NCBI GenBank assembly: GCA_964016885.1
Contig: OZ024747.1
Span: forward strand, 22,320,001-22,384,000
Direction: 5' to 3'
Source: Eledone cirrhosa
Taxonomy: Eukaryota
Length of the DNA stretch: 64,000 nucleotides
Position numbers and translations under genes: made by a program. Numbering within the stretch: position 1 is the stretch's first letter; every line of letters starts with the position of its first letter. Under the pieces are notes generated by a model, which saw only the letters and a list, made by a program, of their open reading frames with translations, did not search any database and was not told the origin of the DNA. Shown piece by piece: positions 12,501 through 27,500 of this stretch.

Positions 12501-15500
12501 ATATTGTGAAATATGATGTTGAATTTAAAGATAACATTATTTAATGCTGTTTAAGAATCCTTATGATGAGTCCGCTTAACTGTTGCTTATTGTTTCACCT
12601 TACTGCGCTTTCACTGTCAGACAATTTTTTGCACTGGACACAATTTTAGAAAAGAAATAATTCTTCCATGTCATCTGTATATTTTTATCATCAAACCCTT
12701 TTTTTCTTCACAATTTCACATCATTTCACAAAAGAAAAATTGTAAATTCTTATTCCAAGCATTGACCTGGAAGAATTTGTGTGATAGAAATGGTATAAAA
12801 GGTTATTGATTTGATCTTATTGATTGGTAAATAAATAAAGGATCAGACAAATGTTGGTCATGATTCTAATTACTTGTCATTTAGAATTCTTAGAATTTTA
12901 GAATTTCTGATTCATATGTTATTATTCACTGATCCAGGGCTAAACTTTGTTTTCTTGTTATGCTGATTGTTTTATTACAATTTGTTAATGTGTCTGTGTG
13001 TATATAAGTGATTTCTTTTCTCTAACATTTTTACCTATCACCTACAGGGTCGTCTCCCAGACTCTTACGATAGGCTTATGCAAGAACTCAACTCAGAACT
13101 GAATTGGTTTACTGATGCAGAACAACTGCTTAAAGAAGACTCTGCAATTAGTTGCAACATTAAGGAACTGACTGGACAGAGAGATGCGCAAAAAGTAAGA
13201 TTACAAGATATCATCCTTTTTTTTCTTTATTTCATACAATTATAACATGTAACACTTTTGATACCAAACCACCTGATACTGCCTTGGATTTATGATACAA
13301 AACTGCTCCTTTTAAAATGTTTATCCTTATGTTAAAACCTTCTCTCATAATTTTGTTTTAGACATTTTTGTTCAGTAATGTTCTAAATCTCAGCTTATTC
13401 ATGAAGATCTTAGTTATTATATTAAATTCCTCCAAAGTTTTGGATATTTTGAGATCAAATGACTCACACTGGCAGTGTATTTCATTAGAAATATGATAAT
13501 GAAAGAGTTAATGTTTATAGGATTTTTAATTAACTTCAATTGTTGGGTGTTGGACTAAATTATGCACTATTTAGTGTCATTCTTTTGTTTTCCAAGTTCA
13601 CATCACACCAATGTCCACTTCACTATTTATCAATCTAACTTCGACAGGACAAGTAACAATAAAATCCTTGAAAATGGGTGGTTTTGTTTCATATACCTAA
13701 AAGCAGTTTTGGGCTGGTTGGTATCCAAAGGATTAATTGCAACACATAGAAAGTGTATTTTATTGGGAATATGATCACGACAAAAAGTTATAAGTTCTTG
13801 TAATGTTTTCTTTTACAGGCGCACCATGTCGAAATCACAGAACACCAACAACCAGTGCTCTCCCTTGTCTTCCAAGCTGAACAAATCTTAGAACACTACC
13901 AAGAAGAAATTACTCCTGAACAAGTTGATGTACTGAAAACCACTACAGTATCTGTTAAAGATCTAATGGAAAAGGTTATTGTTTATTTATATTTCTGGCT
14001 AGAAGTTTAGTCTTCAAAATATTTTAAAATCTCGTTTTAACTTTTAATTGTATTACCTGTGATAATGTGTATATTTAAATATATATGCCTAGCAGCAGCA
14101 AACATTTTATGTCTGTTTACCTCTACTTAAGCAGGGGTCAGCTTGCAGGCTTCATGCTTATCATGGTTTTTTTTTAAGCAATGTTATATGGCCAATTGCT
14201 CTTCCTGGAGCCAATTCTTTTAGTCACTTCTTACAGCACACAAGAATACAGTGTACCTATTCTAAACTAGATACACACAGCATATGTTTGTATGAATATA
14301 AGTGTGTATATGCATGTGACTGTGTGTAAATATGGATGTATCATTATCTATAAAAGGCAGATTGTTGTGTGTGTGTGTGTGTGTGTGCGCATGTTTCATA
14401 TTTATACATTTGCACAATTTCACACCGATTCGACTCAAAGCCTGTAAGAATGTTGTAAATGGTCTAACTTAGGTCAACGACTATTTATTTATTTTAAACT
14501 CACCCACAATCACGGAAATAATCGATAAAACTAAATACATGACGCTTTACCCCTCTAATACAATCTGATACCTCTCTCTACTCCCCTTAAAATTCGATAA
14601 AACTACATACATGCTGCAACTTTCTCTTATATACGCTTAAACTTACAAACTTCTTTTAGGAATGCCGAAGAAAGAAGAAAGAAAGAAATGGAGAGAGAGA
14701 GAGAACGTTTGTTTTTGAGTCAAAACAACAATTAGTCAAAAGCAACAGATAAATTTATTCAACAACAAAAAAAATAGTGATAAATCTTTTTTAAAACATC
14801 TCTCAATGAACGTGGAAGAAAGAAGTATCAGTTTATTTACTATACACAATAATATCCTCAATGAGGTCACTAAACCTGCTAGAAACAGCAGCTAACTCTC
14901 CCCCATATCACACCCCTCCCTACTGTCTTAAATTTAGAAAACACACATTAGACAACCATGCAGAACAACTCCATTGCAGCTCTGTTGTTCGGTTGGCATC
15001 GTCTACGCGCGTGTTGCGCAAGTACTGTGAAACAATAAATTTCAACACTTCTTTGCACAGAGATAATATCCATAGGCGAAACTACAATTGTCACTGCTGG
15101 CGCAGCTCCTGCTTCGGCTGTCCAGGTCTGCAATTCATTCACCCAGTGCCTGGCGACAATAAAGTGCTGCCATAAAATGGGTGGTGCAACCTAACTTTGG
15201 TAACTTACTGACCCCGAGCAACAATCTTTATATATAACTACACAGGAATATAGATATAGCTTCGATAGTTATCTTTTTATAACTTTCTTTCTTCAAACTT
15301 TCTATTCATCCTCTTTGTGTCTTATTTGCCAATATCATAGTGATTCTAGGTTCATTAATGTTTTCTGTGTTCTAACAATTCTTATTTAGGTGTTGAAAAC
15401 TTCTGGAAATCGCTTGAAACATCTTGAAAGTGCAACAGAACAGCTTGGAAAGTTTGAGGACGAACTGGGCAAATTTAATGACTGGATGACTTCTGCTGAG

Positions 15501-18500
15501 AAAAGCATTGATAAAGTTGTAGTTGAAGACATTGATGCCTTGAAGTCTGTAGTAGAAAAGCATAAGGTAAAAACAACTTTGGTTTGATCTACCTTAATTT
15601 TTGTATTGACTTACATTCAAGAAATGATACAAGTGTTACTTGAGATGAAAGTAACATTTAGGTGGGTTGATGAGTGAGTTGTTTTGATTAGGAGCTTCAC
15701 ATTTTTTATAGGGATCAGGTATAGACCTTTGTTGGTTTTGATAATTCATAGTTAAAACTATCAAAATTGCTACAAATACAAAATATTCCAGTTGTGGCTG
15801 TCGTCATCTTTGAGAGAAATGTATGTAAAAATATGCCAAATATAAAACCATTTAGATAAAATATTCTAATTAAGCACATTTTTTTTTTCCCCATGTTTAG
15901 TTAATTTGTTATTTACAGCAGTTCTTTGTTCTTTGATTTAAATTTAATTTCTTTAAAAATGTACTATTGTCTTTTTATAGAGCTTCACCAATGATGTCAT
16001 AGCACACCAAGCTGACCTGCGATTTATGTCCATGGCAGTTCAGAAATACATTGAAGAGGCAAAGGTAAATTAAATTCTTTTATTCTGTATTATTTTATTG
16101 TTCTCATAAGGAAAGAAAAGCAAAATCAACTGAAGTGGGATTTGAACTCGGAGCATATGGGCAAATAACTATATGTTAGGAGAATATTTTGTTCAAAATT
16201 CTATAGATTCTACTATTTACAGTTGTGTGTGTTAAGCTGATCTACTAGTCTGTTACCCTAGTACTTTTCCCCAACTCATGACCAGTTCCTCTAATGATAA
16301 ACGAAATAGGTAACTGTATCAGCTTACATATTAAACTACTCTGTAGTACTTATTCCCCATACATATATATCATCATCATCATCATTTAACATCCATTTTC
16401 CCTACTAGCAAAGATTAGATGAGTTGCCACAGACCGAGTCAGTACTCAAAAAGAGTTACTAACCTCTCAGATGCGCTACGTTCCTGCATCACACTTAGTT
16501 ACATTCCTGCACTGTATCTAGGAGCTCAGGCGAGCCTGGGACCAGCATCTCTCTTACAAAATGTTTCCATATTCTGCTGAATGCATTTTATCGTGACATC
16601 AGCTGAAGAGTTTTCCTACCCCGTATATATGTATATATGTATATATGTATATGTATATAAGTAAAAATTTCATCCATAAGTTTCAACAATTGGTATTTTG
16701 ATTATTTGATTTATTGTCTATCACCTAAGCTTGTCTTTGTATTCAGATAATGTATATTTAATATCTATTCTTTTTAGTTTCATAAATTGGAATTGGATGC
16801 CTTTAAAGCTGACAAACAAAAGCCTACACGTTTAAGCCGTATCAATATGGATACATTAGAGGCTGAATCTGTGAAAGATAAATTAAAAGAATCATCAGAC
16901 CATTACCAAGACCTCAAGAGTAAATGTAATTCACTTTGTGATAAACTAAATGAAGTTTCAGACAAACAAGGTGAATTCCACCTCCATAGTAACAAACTGC
17001 TGACATCAATAGATACTGCTGAAAATAAACTTGAAGAAGCATTACAAGAATCCCTTTCAACTGATCCAGAAGAGCTGAAAGCTCAACTTGATCAAATGAA
17101 AACAATGAGCAATGAAACTATTGCCTATCAGTCTCAGATCAGTGATTTAGAGATTTGTGGCAAGCAATTGATTTCTTGTTTAAGTCAATTTGATACAGAG
17201 CCAGAACAAATTCAAAAAGTTGATGAAATAATCAGGGAAATTTCATTCCGTTGTGCATCACTGAATGATGACATTAACAGTCGATATAACACTTTGCAAA
17301 TGGCTCTCACTAAATCTCAGGATGTCAAAGAAGCTATAGAAAGTCTTCTAAATTGGTTGAGAGATGTTGAAGGATCTCTTGTGAACCAAAGACCAATCAG
17401 TTTGTATCGAGATAACCTTCTTGAACAAATCAATGAGATTAAAGTGATTGAAACAGATATAGACAGTCACAAGCCAAGCGTAGACTCAGTTCAACAAAGT
17501 GCAAATGAATTGATGAAGTCATGTGACCTTGATGTGGCTAAAAATGTAGAAAAGAAAATAAGTGCCCTTAATTCACGATTCTTTGCACTTGCTAAGAAAG
17601 TCGAGAGCCGAAGTAGTGACCTCCAGGAGATATTTGAAGAGCTTAGTAAATTCCACCAAGAACTCCAAGTCACAAATGATTGGTTGACTAGTAGCATTGA
17701 TATGTTGGAGTCTAAAGAACTGACTCGATTACCAACACCTTTGTTTAAACAACGGGTTGATATTGTATCAGCAGAATGCAAGAGTAAAAAGCAACCAATA
17801 AAAGAATTGATAGCTTCTGGTAAAAAGCTCATTGCTGATTCAAGAACTGGAGAGGCATCATCTCTTGAAGAGTGCATTGCCACTTTGGAACGCAATTGGA
17901 CAGATTTTGACTTGTTACTTGCAATGAGAGAAGAGGAAGTTGGTTTCCGAGAAAAGAAGAGTGAAGAATTTGAAGTATTAAAGACAGATGTATTAGACTG
18001 GCTTGGAAAATTAGAAGTGAAAACAGATAGTCTAGAACCTACTGCTGTTGCAATTGAGGAAGTCAAAGGACAGTTGCAAGATTTACAGGTAAGAACATAT
18101 TAAATTTTACCATTAAATTAAACAAAATATACAACCATATTTATAAAGAAATGTTGAATGTATGTTACATTAAAGTTAAGTTTCATTTTTTTTCTTTTAC
18201 TATGAAAAATAGGTGAACAGGTTAAACATATAAGCACCTAGAGACAAAAAAGGGGACAGTATGACCTATGAAATTCAAACTTATACCTACTGTGTACTTG
18301 ACAGCTGCACTACCATTACAGAGTAGGTGTGAGTTTGAGTACCACAAGCAATGCTATCCATTTTTTTCCATCTCTAGGGGCTTATATGGTTCTAGTATTA
18401 AATCCCTCCAAATTTCTGTCTATTTTCAAAATTAATTAAAACACTGTGTTTTTCATTGTACAAATGGTAATGAAAGGGTTAAATTCATTTATATATATTT

Positions 18501-21500
18501 ATAATTCCAGCCACTGCTAAAAGAACATTCCGACCAACGTAAAAAGATTGATGAAGTCAATGATGTGGGAGACACTTTAGATTCAATTCAGACTAATGAA
18601 AATACAAACAGTCCAGTCAGAAGTAAGTATATATCTATTATTTAGGGGCAGGCTGCATTTTCACTTGATTCATTTGCTTCTCACTTTCTTTCTTAGTTCT
18701 TAAAACAACCAGTGTTTTAGTATTTTTATTTTTAATTTAGTTATTTTAAAAATCAGTTCCTTTATCATATTCACTGTTTTATGTCTAACATTATGCCAAA
18801 CATTTCACAACACTACCATTTTAAAACGGTTGTGAATTATCTCATAAAAAGTCTTTATAATTATTGAGATGTCTCTGATGAAAGGAATTAGAAAAGAAAA
18901 CTAGGAGAAAAGGTATGGTATAGGTTAGCCACAGATGTCATAGGCATTGTTTAGAACAGTCAGATATGTCATATCATATAGAACAGTCAGATATGTCATA
19001 TCATATAGATCAGTCACTGATATGTCATATCATATAGAACAGTCAGATATGTCATATCATATAGAACAGTCAGATATGTCATATCATATAGAACAGTCAC
19101 TGATATGTCATAGGCATTGTTTAGAACAGTCAGATATGTCATATCATATAGAACAGTCAGATATGTCATAGGCATTGTTTAGAACAGTCAGATATGTCAT
19201 ATCATATAGAACAGTCAGATATGTCATATCATATAGATCAGTCACTGATATGCCATAGATATCATATAGATCAGTCACTGATATGCCATAGATATCATAT
19301 AGATCAGTCAGATATGTCATATCATATAGATCAGTCAGATATGTCATATCATATAGAACAGTCAGATATGTCATATCATATAGATCAGTCAGATATGTCA
19401 TATCATATAGATCAGTCACTGATATGCCATAGATATCATATAGATCAGTCAGATATGTCATATCATATAGATCAGTCACTGATATGTCATAGATATTATA
19501 TAGATCAGTCACTGATATGTCATATTATATAGATCAGTCACTGATATGTCATAGATATTATATAGATCAGTCACAGACATGCCATAGATATTTAGATCAG
19601 TCATTTATATAACATATATTATATAGAACAGTCACAGATGTTTTATAATATATTATATATATCAGTCACAGATATGTCATATATATTATATAGATTAGTC
19701 AAATTGTATTGATCAGTCACAGATATATGAGTAATTAATTTTCAAGCAATATCTTAATTTCATTCTTCTTATGCAGGAAATCGTAAAGCAGCTGGATTAC
19801 CATCACCTAGTGTTCGAAGTCCATCTCCTATTATACCAATTTCACCTTCCACAATTGGTATCAGTCCTATGTCTAGTGAATCCAGTGGAGTAAGCAGTAG
19901 AAAAAGTTCATCAGATAATTTACTACTCAATGGTAGGTACTTTTATTCAATACTAGTTTCATTTCTTCATCCTTCACTGCAATAACTATATGTAATTGGA
20001 ATTTTTCATAATGTTCTTATTCTTTGAGTTACTGGTACACATGCAAACACCAATAAACCTGCGGGATAAAGACATTGCTACCCTTAGTTAAGAAACAAAA
20101 CTTCCAATTTTGAATCTTCTCTATACAATATATATATTTTCAAGTATAAGACATCTTATAAATAAAAAGAAATGCTAATGCAAATTCTTTGCTATATAGG
20201 TGGGTGCCATTTTAAAGTTGTAACTTTCTATCTTCTGTTCACATCAGATCTGAGTGACATTCAACAGCAACTGTTGGATATTAACCAGCGTTATGAAATC
20301 TTGGGTGAAAGACTTAGTGAACGACATCTGGAGCTGAACACCACCATGGAGAATGTTGAAAGTTTCCATCAAGACATCAAAGATTTACTCAACTGGATAG
20401 CTTTGAAAGAAGACAGCCTGAAAGAAGACAAAGTGGTACCAACAAATGAAAAAGATGCTAAGAGGGCTCTTTCAAAACATGAGGTAGGAACTTCCCATCT
20501 GGCATATTAAGTTTTTGGCAGCAGTGATAAAGATCTACTACAGTTTTACATAAAAACATTTAAATTTGAAGAAATACAAAACTGCCTAAAACTGCCCATG
20601 GTTCTAAAATACAAAGCCAAGCTGTTTGTTTTAAAGGGTTCATATTTAAATTTATATACACCTAAAAAAGCTTTGCTTTATTCATTTACTGATTCTTTTA
20701 GTTTTGCTGTATCATTTCATATTTAATGTTGAACATTTGCAGCCAGTCCTACTTGGATAGTTTTAAACACAAAATGGGGTTGTGGGCAGAGGGTGGTATT
20801 CAGTTAAATATTTTAAACAAAGTGGAGTAATTTGGCAATTTTAATTCCATGAATTTATCTTAACAGGTTTTCCATAAAGAAATTCTTGGCAAGGAACATT
20901 TGGTTGAAGAAATAAAAAGAAAATCTGATGACTTAATTAAAAGCCGTGACTCAGTGGATGGTCTAGAATTTATTCAAGAACCACTGAATGTTTTAGGTAT
21001 GACATTAATTTTATATTTACCATTATTACTATATCACCAAAACTCTTGGACTAGGAGTATCATCATCATCACCATTTTACATCTAAAATTTACAATGTGT
21101 ACAGGGAGCATTTTATCATGACTCCAGCATTACCACCTTACAGGATAGACTGAGTGCATTTTGTCATGGCACCAGCACTTCCACCTTTAGCATGAACTGA
21201 GTGTTTTTGTTGTTGCACCAGCACTACCACCCTACGGAATTGACTGAGTGCTTTTCATCATGGCATCAGCAATATTGCTTGACAGAGTGGACTGGGAGCT
21301 TTTGTCATGGCACCAGCACTACCACCTTTATGGTGGACTGGGTGTTTTGGTTGTGGTACCAGCATTACTATCTTACAGGTTGAGCTGGGTGTTTTTTGTC
21401 ATGACCCCAGTACTACCATCTTATAGAGTTGCCTTGGTGCTTTTTGTCATGACACCCTCACTACCACCTTTTTCTTCTTCATTATTACTTAGTCAGAAGA

Positions 21501-24500
21501 CAAAGGTCAATGTCCATGACCTTGATCAGGACCTCTAATACTGATAAAGTTACCATTGCTATTAGGAAAGGCAATGAATGTCAACATTTTCTATTTCTTC
21601 TTAACTGAAATAATTTTGTTTTTACTAGTATAAAAATACAATTATGTTTATTTTGAGTTTCTTCTATTGATGAGTCTTTAGTGAATTATAACTATTATAA
21701 CTAGCAGGGAAAGGGAATGTTAAATGATGTTGATGATTGCTTCTTTCTTTAGAAACCAAATGGTCTGCACTGAAATCTAAATCTGAAAATGAACAGAAAT
21801 CATTAGAAGACATAATTGCTGATCTCCGTGAATTCCGTGAATCTGGCCATCAATTAGATACCTGGTTAGCTCAGAAGGAAAAGATGGTTGCAGTTCTTGG
21901 ACCGCTAGCCATTGATCCAGTTGTCATCCAAAACCAAATTGGTCAAGTCAAGGTATTTATTCATCTATTTATTTATTTATTTGCATTGCCAGCCGAAATA
22001 TTTTTTTAATATATCTTGTTTTTCTGAATTGCTCCATCTAGTTGAATATCTTTGTTATACAACTTCAAATGAAAGTTGATTCTAAAATTATTCCCCTCAA
22101 ATATCCATGTTGGCCTCTACTTGTCTAGTGTACAAAGACAAGATCATTGAAACAACTTGAGAAATACTCAGCTATTGTCACGTATATTTTCAGTTAATTG
22201 GTTACTTCAAATGATTTATTTATTTATCTGATCTTATGAGATATAATTTTTTATGATTTATATAATTATTTTTTTATGTTATTTTACTGAAACAAATTTC
22301 CACCTATAATATAGAGGCACATGGCTTAGTGGTTAGAGCATTGGCCTTGCAATCGAAAGGTTGTGAGTTCAATTCTCAGACCGGGTGATGTGTTGTTTCC
22401 TTGAGCAAGACACTTTATTTCACATTGCTCCAGTTTACTCAGCTGTAGAAATGAGTTGATAGGGACTGGGGTCCATATCATTCCACTGCAAAGTGGTCGT
22501 GCAGGTGCCACGGCAAAAAAGCACCTACCACTCACTGTAAATGAGGTTGGTGTTAGGAAGGGCATCCAGCTGTAGAAATCAAGCCAGAATCCAGCTGTAG
22601 AATGCAAGCAGGGAAAAAGCGGACGTAAAATGAAAATGAAAATATATATAAACAGGTGAAAATGCTAAGAGGAAATTGTAAAAAATACTTCTGATCAAAT
22701 GTTTTTATTACCAAAATAATCTTTTTTTAAATTTTAATTTCATTAGGTCCTCCAAGAAGAGCTCCATGGACAAGAACCAGTTTATGAACAATTCATTCAG
22801 GCTGGTCACTCAATACTTGACCGATGTAAACCAGATGCAAAGGATGCTCTTGGTGTAAGCCAGAAAATGGATATAATTAGCAAAGCATGGGAACGATTGC
22901 AGACTCGTTTGAAAGACAGACAGATTAGTTTGTCATCAATGACTGATCTGAGTTCAAACTTCCAGGATATTCTTGGCTCTCTTACACTTTGGCTAACTGA
23001 GTTTAATGATATTCTAAATGACTTGACTCCAGTTATTGCTTGTTCAGACAACCAAGATCACTTGACAAATGAAATACAGGTAAGCCTTAAAGTTATATTT
23101 ACTTTAAATGTTAATTAAACAAATTGTTGATTACACATTAAAGAGTATATGGAAGATGATGATAAATATAAGCAACTCACATGTTTATCCCTTTTTTACA
23201 CCAATACTTCAATAAAATATAATCAGGGCTCCTATTTGTCATGCAAACGTTTGTTAATCATCAGTGGATTCATTTAATCATTTAGATTAATCATCAAAGA
23301 TAAATTTAATCATCTTTGCAATATTCTATAGATAATCTGTGGTTCTAGTCTCAGAATGCTTTAAAAGGCCATAGGCACATACTTTTCCTCCAGATTAAAC
23401 CATTTAAAATTTTTTAAATCTATAATTTAAAGAAATTGGGACAAGAGTTTTATGAAAAAAATAATACTTTTTCTGAGGGGTGCATAACTTTTTTTAAAAT
23501 ATCTTTATTGCATTTTTAGGTATATGAAGGTCAACTGAAGGAAAAGAAGGCTGATTTGGAAAAACTGAAAGATATCAGTCGTAAACTAGGAGATGCAACA
23601 AAAGATATGTCCATAAGAGCAGACCTCAAGACTAAACAATCTGCTGTGGAAAAACTATTTCAGGAAGCTGAAAAGAAGTTATGTAAGTAATGAGTCTCAC
23701 AGTCAGTGCTGTTCACTTCTCTCCATCTCTAGGAGTTTATATACCCAACTTGTTACACTATTTAGCATAGAAGCAGTTAACTTTAAGCAAACATTCATTT
23801 AAAACTCAAAATTTTCTTTACACTTTTAAAAATATGATTGCTTAATAATATCTATATATTTATTCAATTTAAATTTATATTTTCAATATTTAATATATTC
23901 TTAAATATATTGCTAATCTATTGTCATGATCTCTGAAATGATACCCTACAAATTAGAAAAATAACTCATGAGTTAAGTTAACAAATAATGAATTAATCTT
24001 AACTCATTTCTATTGCATTAATTTTTCACACAATTTAAAATTTTATATGTACTACTATTTTTCATAATTTCTTTTAATTTTTTTTTTTTTTTAAATAGTG
24101 TCTCGAAGAAACAGTCTGGATCTTGCTAACAAAACAAGTGAAAAATTCACAGTTAACTACCAGGAAGAATTAACTTGGGAAAATGAATTTGTTGCTAAGT
24201 TAGAGCTTGTAGAACCACTATCTGGTAAAATGGACATTCTGAAACAACAACATCATCAGGACCAAGTAAGTTTCATGTTTGCTTTACTTAAAGAGCTATG
24301 TAAACATGCAATGGTTTAGATGGAGTTAAGAAGACTGAAGGAAAGGGTTTTAAATAAGAAATATATTGCATACAGCACATGTAAAACTACATAATGTAAA
24401 CAAAATTGAACACATTTTTTAATTAGTGCTAGAGCCAACCAGGTCCACCATGGCTATCCAATATGGCATACATTTTTTAAAGAGAGTAGTGGGTAATTGT

Positions 24501-27500
24501 GAGAAATTTGTTTTCTGTATGTTTTGGATAAAAAAAACCCTTAAAGATGCTCCATCGGTAGATTAAGATCTTCATGAGTTATGATGATTATTATTATGGT
24601 GATGATGATAATGTCAATATGTTGTATTTTTTTCCAGATCTTGCAACAGGAAATAGTTCAACATGAACAAATTGTCCGAGATTTAGTTGATACAGGAAAC
24701 AAACTGGCTAGAGAGATTGAAAGCAGTGGAAACAACCCAGAGAAGCTATGTAAACAAGTGGAGGAGTTGAATACTGGGATGTCTAACATCAAACAGAAGG
24801 CAGAAGATCGACATCAGAACATTCTGGACAGCATGAAACATGGCAAACGTTTCCAGGAACTCCTTAGCAATTCTGTACTGACCACCAAGTACAATGAGGA
24901 GAAATTAGAGAAAATGCCTTGTCCTGTGGCAGAGAGTGATGATGTAATTAAGAAGCTAAAGGAAGCCAGGGTAAGCTGTGTCTTTTATGTGCATGATTTT
25001 TTTCAGTTATGAGTAAATTATTTATGAAATGATCAAGGAGTGTGTGAGATTCTATGATAGTGAGGTCAAGGCCATGAGTGTATTGAGCATAGCTCAGGTA
25101 AGGTAGAATTTTGGAGTTTCATAGAAGTAATTATTGATGTTTCTTTTAGTTATTAGTTTTATTTTTTTTTTATGCTTAATATTTTCAGGGTTTACAAAGT
25201 GATGTTCTGAAATTATCATATGACTTCGATGTTCTTAATCGAGAAGGTCAATGTTTTATGCAATGTGTAAAAACTGATAAAGATGAAATTCAGAAAGATG
25301 TGGATGAGATGAAACATAGATCTACAGCTTTATCTTCTGGTAAGTTCTTCCTTCAGTTTTTGTATATATGACATCTATTGTAATACAATTAAGGTCATGG
25401 TGATCATGATTGACATCATCATTATTTGACTGCTCATTGTCTTCCACGCTAGACTGGACATGCTAAGGTCTACAAGATTATACTTAATTTGGATACTTTA
25501 TTCCTGTAGTATCACAACTATGAGCCCCAGCATTTCTTGATCTGATTAACCTCATCCAAGTCTTCTGCAGTCAACCTCTCCTACAGTTATTTTTTTATCA
25601 CTAATACATAATCCATTAGCCTAAATTATTTTTACCATTATATTCATCTCCTCCAAACGTTTATTATGTGTGGGTTGTGTTACATCATGCAAGTAAAAAT
25701 TATGCAAACTTAGATGTTTTCATGAATTATCAATTTACCAACTTTGACTTGTACATTTGTTCAAACAGATTTACAAACTTGATATTCATGAAATTCTTTT
25801 CGACTCCACAGCTGTTGACAAGAAAGTTCAAAATCTTGAAGATCTATCACAACGACTAACAGAATTCAATGAAGTCATTGATGATGTTGAAAACACTCTT
25901 GGAAAGCTTAATAACAAACTAGAAGATCACTATGCTGCTAATAGTGCCAGTAAAGACCCACAACATATTGAAAAGATCCAAGTAAGAATTATTTCTGTCA
26001 TTTTATCATATTCTTATTTTGTTTTTTCTCTTCACAACTCACATTCCTTGATGCTTGGTGTACATGCTTGATGCATATAATGAGACAAATATAGGTCCAA
26101 ATGTGTACACATGCACACATACATGCATTGTCTGTGTGTTGTGTTCTTTCTACACTTTTTGTGAAATGATTAATAAGTACTTTATATAGTTGTTGCTGTT
26201 AGAACAGTTAACTCTTTAGCATTTACATTACTCTATATTTACTATTATATTTTCACGGTAAAGGCTTTACCTCACATAATTATCTTACATAATATTGAAT
26301 CTATGAGATTTTGATATTATTTATTTTGAGAAAAATACCTTAACATTGGTATGAGTGGCCAGTTTGAACAGAAAGAGGTGAGAGAATTCTGGCCGGATAT
26401 GGCTGGTTTAAATGCTAAAGGGTTAATGTTATGTACATATATCAATATCAGTGTGTTGGATCTCTGTTGTTTCCAACAAGTGCTTGAATAATGAAATTGC
26501 CTGTTTGTGAAATTAATATGTGGCTGAGTATTCCACATCCACAGACACATGGCACCTTTAATATATTTCACTGGGAGATTCAGCATTACACAATATGTGA
26601 TAAAGATTAGGTATAACTCATTTTTGCCAGCTGAGTGAACTGGGGCAAAATGAAATGTGCTGCTCAGTCTGGGAATCAAACTCATAACCTTATCATGTGC
26701 TGAACACCCTAACCACCAAGCCACATGCCTTCAAAATATGTATACATATCAATATTGCAATCTTTCATTCAATTGTTTTCCAGGCTCTAAGCCAAGAACT
26801 GTATCCTGTCCAGAACCAAATTGATTACACAAAGGGTATATTGAATGGCTTATCCTCTGGTGATACTGAAGTCACTAATCTTGAAGGCATTTCATCCCAT
26901 GTGTCTGCAGCTGAGAACAAACACACATTATTGAGAGATAATCTTGACAGTTTGTTAAATGATATGCAATCTGGATCACAAACCATTGACAGTATCAAGG
27001 TAGGTCTTTCTGTGATGTTTCTCCCATTACTATTTTGTAGTCATTGAGTTAAATTTGATCATCATCATTTTTGATTTACCAAGTTGTTGCTGTAATCAAA
27101 CAGATCAATGACATGCAGATAGTCAACTAAGTGATCCCAATTGATATCTTGTTTCAATTATAACCATGTCTCTGTCTAACTGGGAACCATCCTGCATACT
27201 TCAACATACTGTGTTGAATTGTATGGTTTACAGCAAGACAATCTGAGATTGGTTAGCATTACATTTCCACCTGCCAAATTATATTTCTATTTCCACCTGC
27301 CAAATTATATTTACTATTCCACCTGCCAAATTATATTTATTATTTCCACCTGCCAAATTATATTTATTATTTCCACCTGCCAAATTATATTTATTATTCC
27401 CACCTGCCAAATTATATTTATTATTCCCACCTGCCAAATTCAATTTACTATTTCTACCTGTCAGGTTTGTGGCTTTGTGTCCTATACTAGATAACATTTT

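Noticed and set aside
17491-18066. 191-aa minus-strand ORF and other antisense ORFs over exons
   Set aside because: Antisense shadows of real + strand exons; no recognisable domains.
18947-19532. ORFs with MSYHIEQSD or MTYLTDLYD repeats
   Set aside because: Translations of the intronic minisatellite; no splice or homology support.
22314-22390. tRNA gene (also at 43113 and 40418)
   Set aside because: A and B boxes are present, but the sequence runs directly into SINE body and I could not fold a full cloverleaf.
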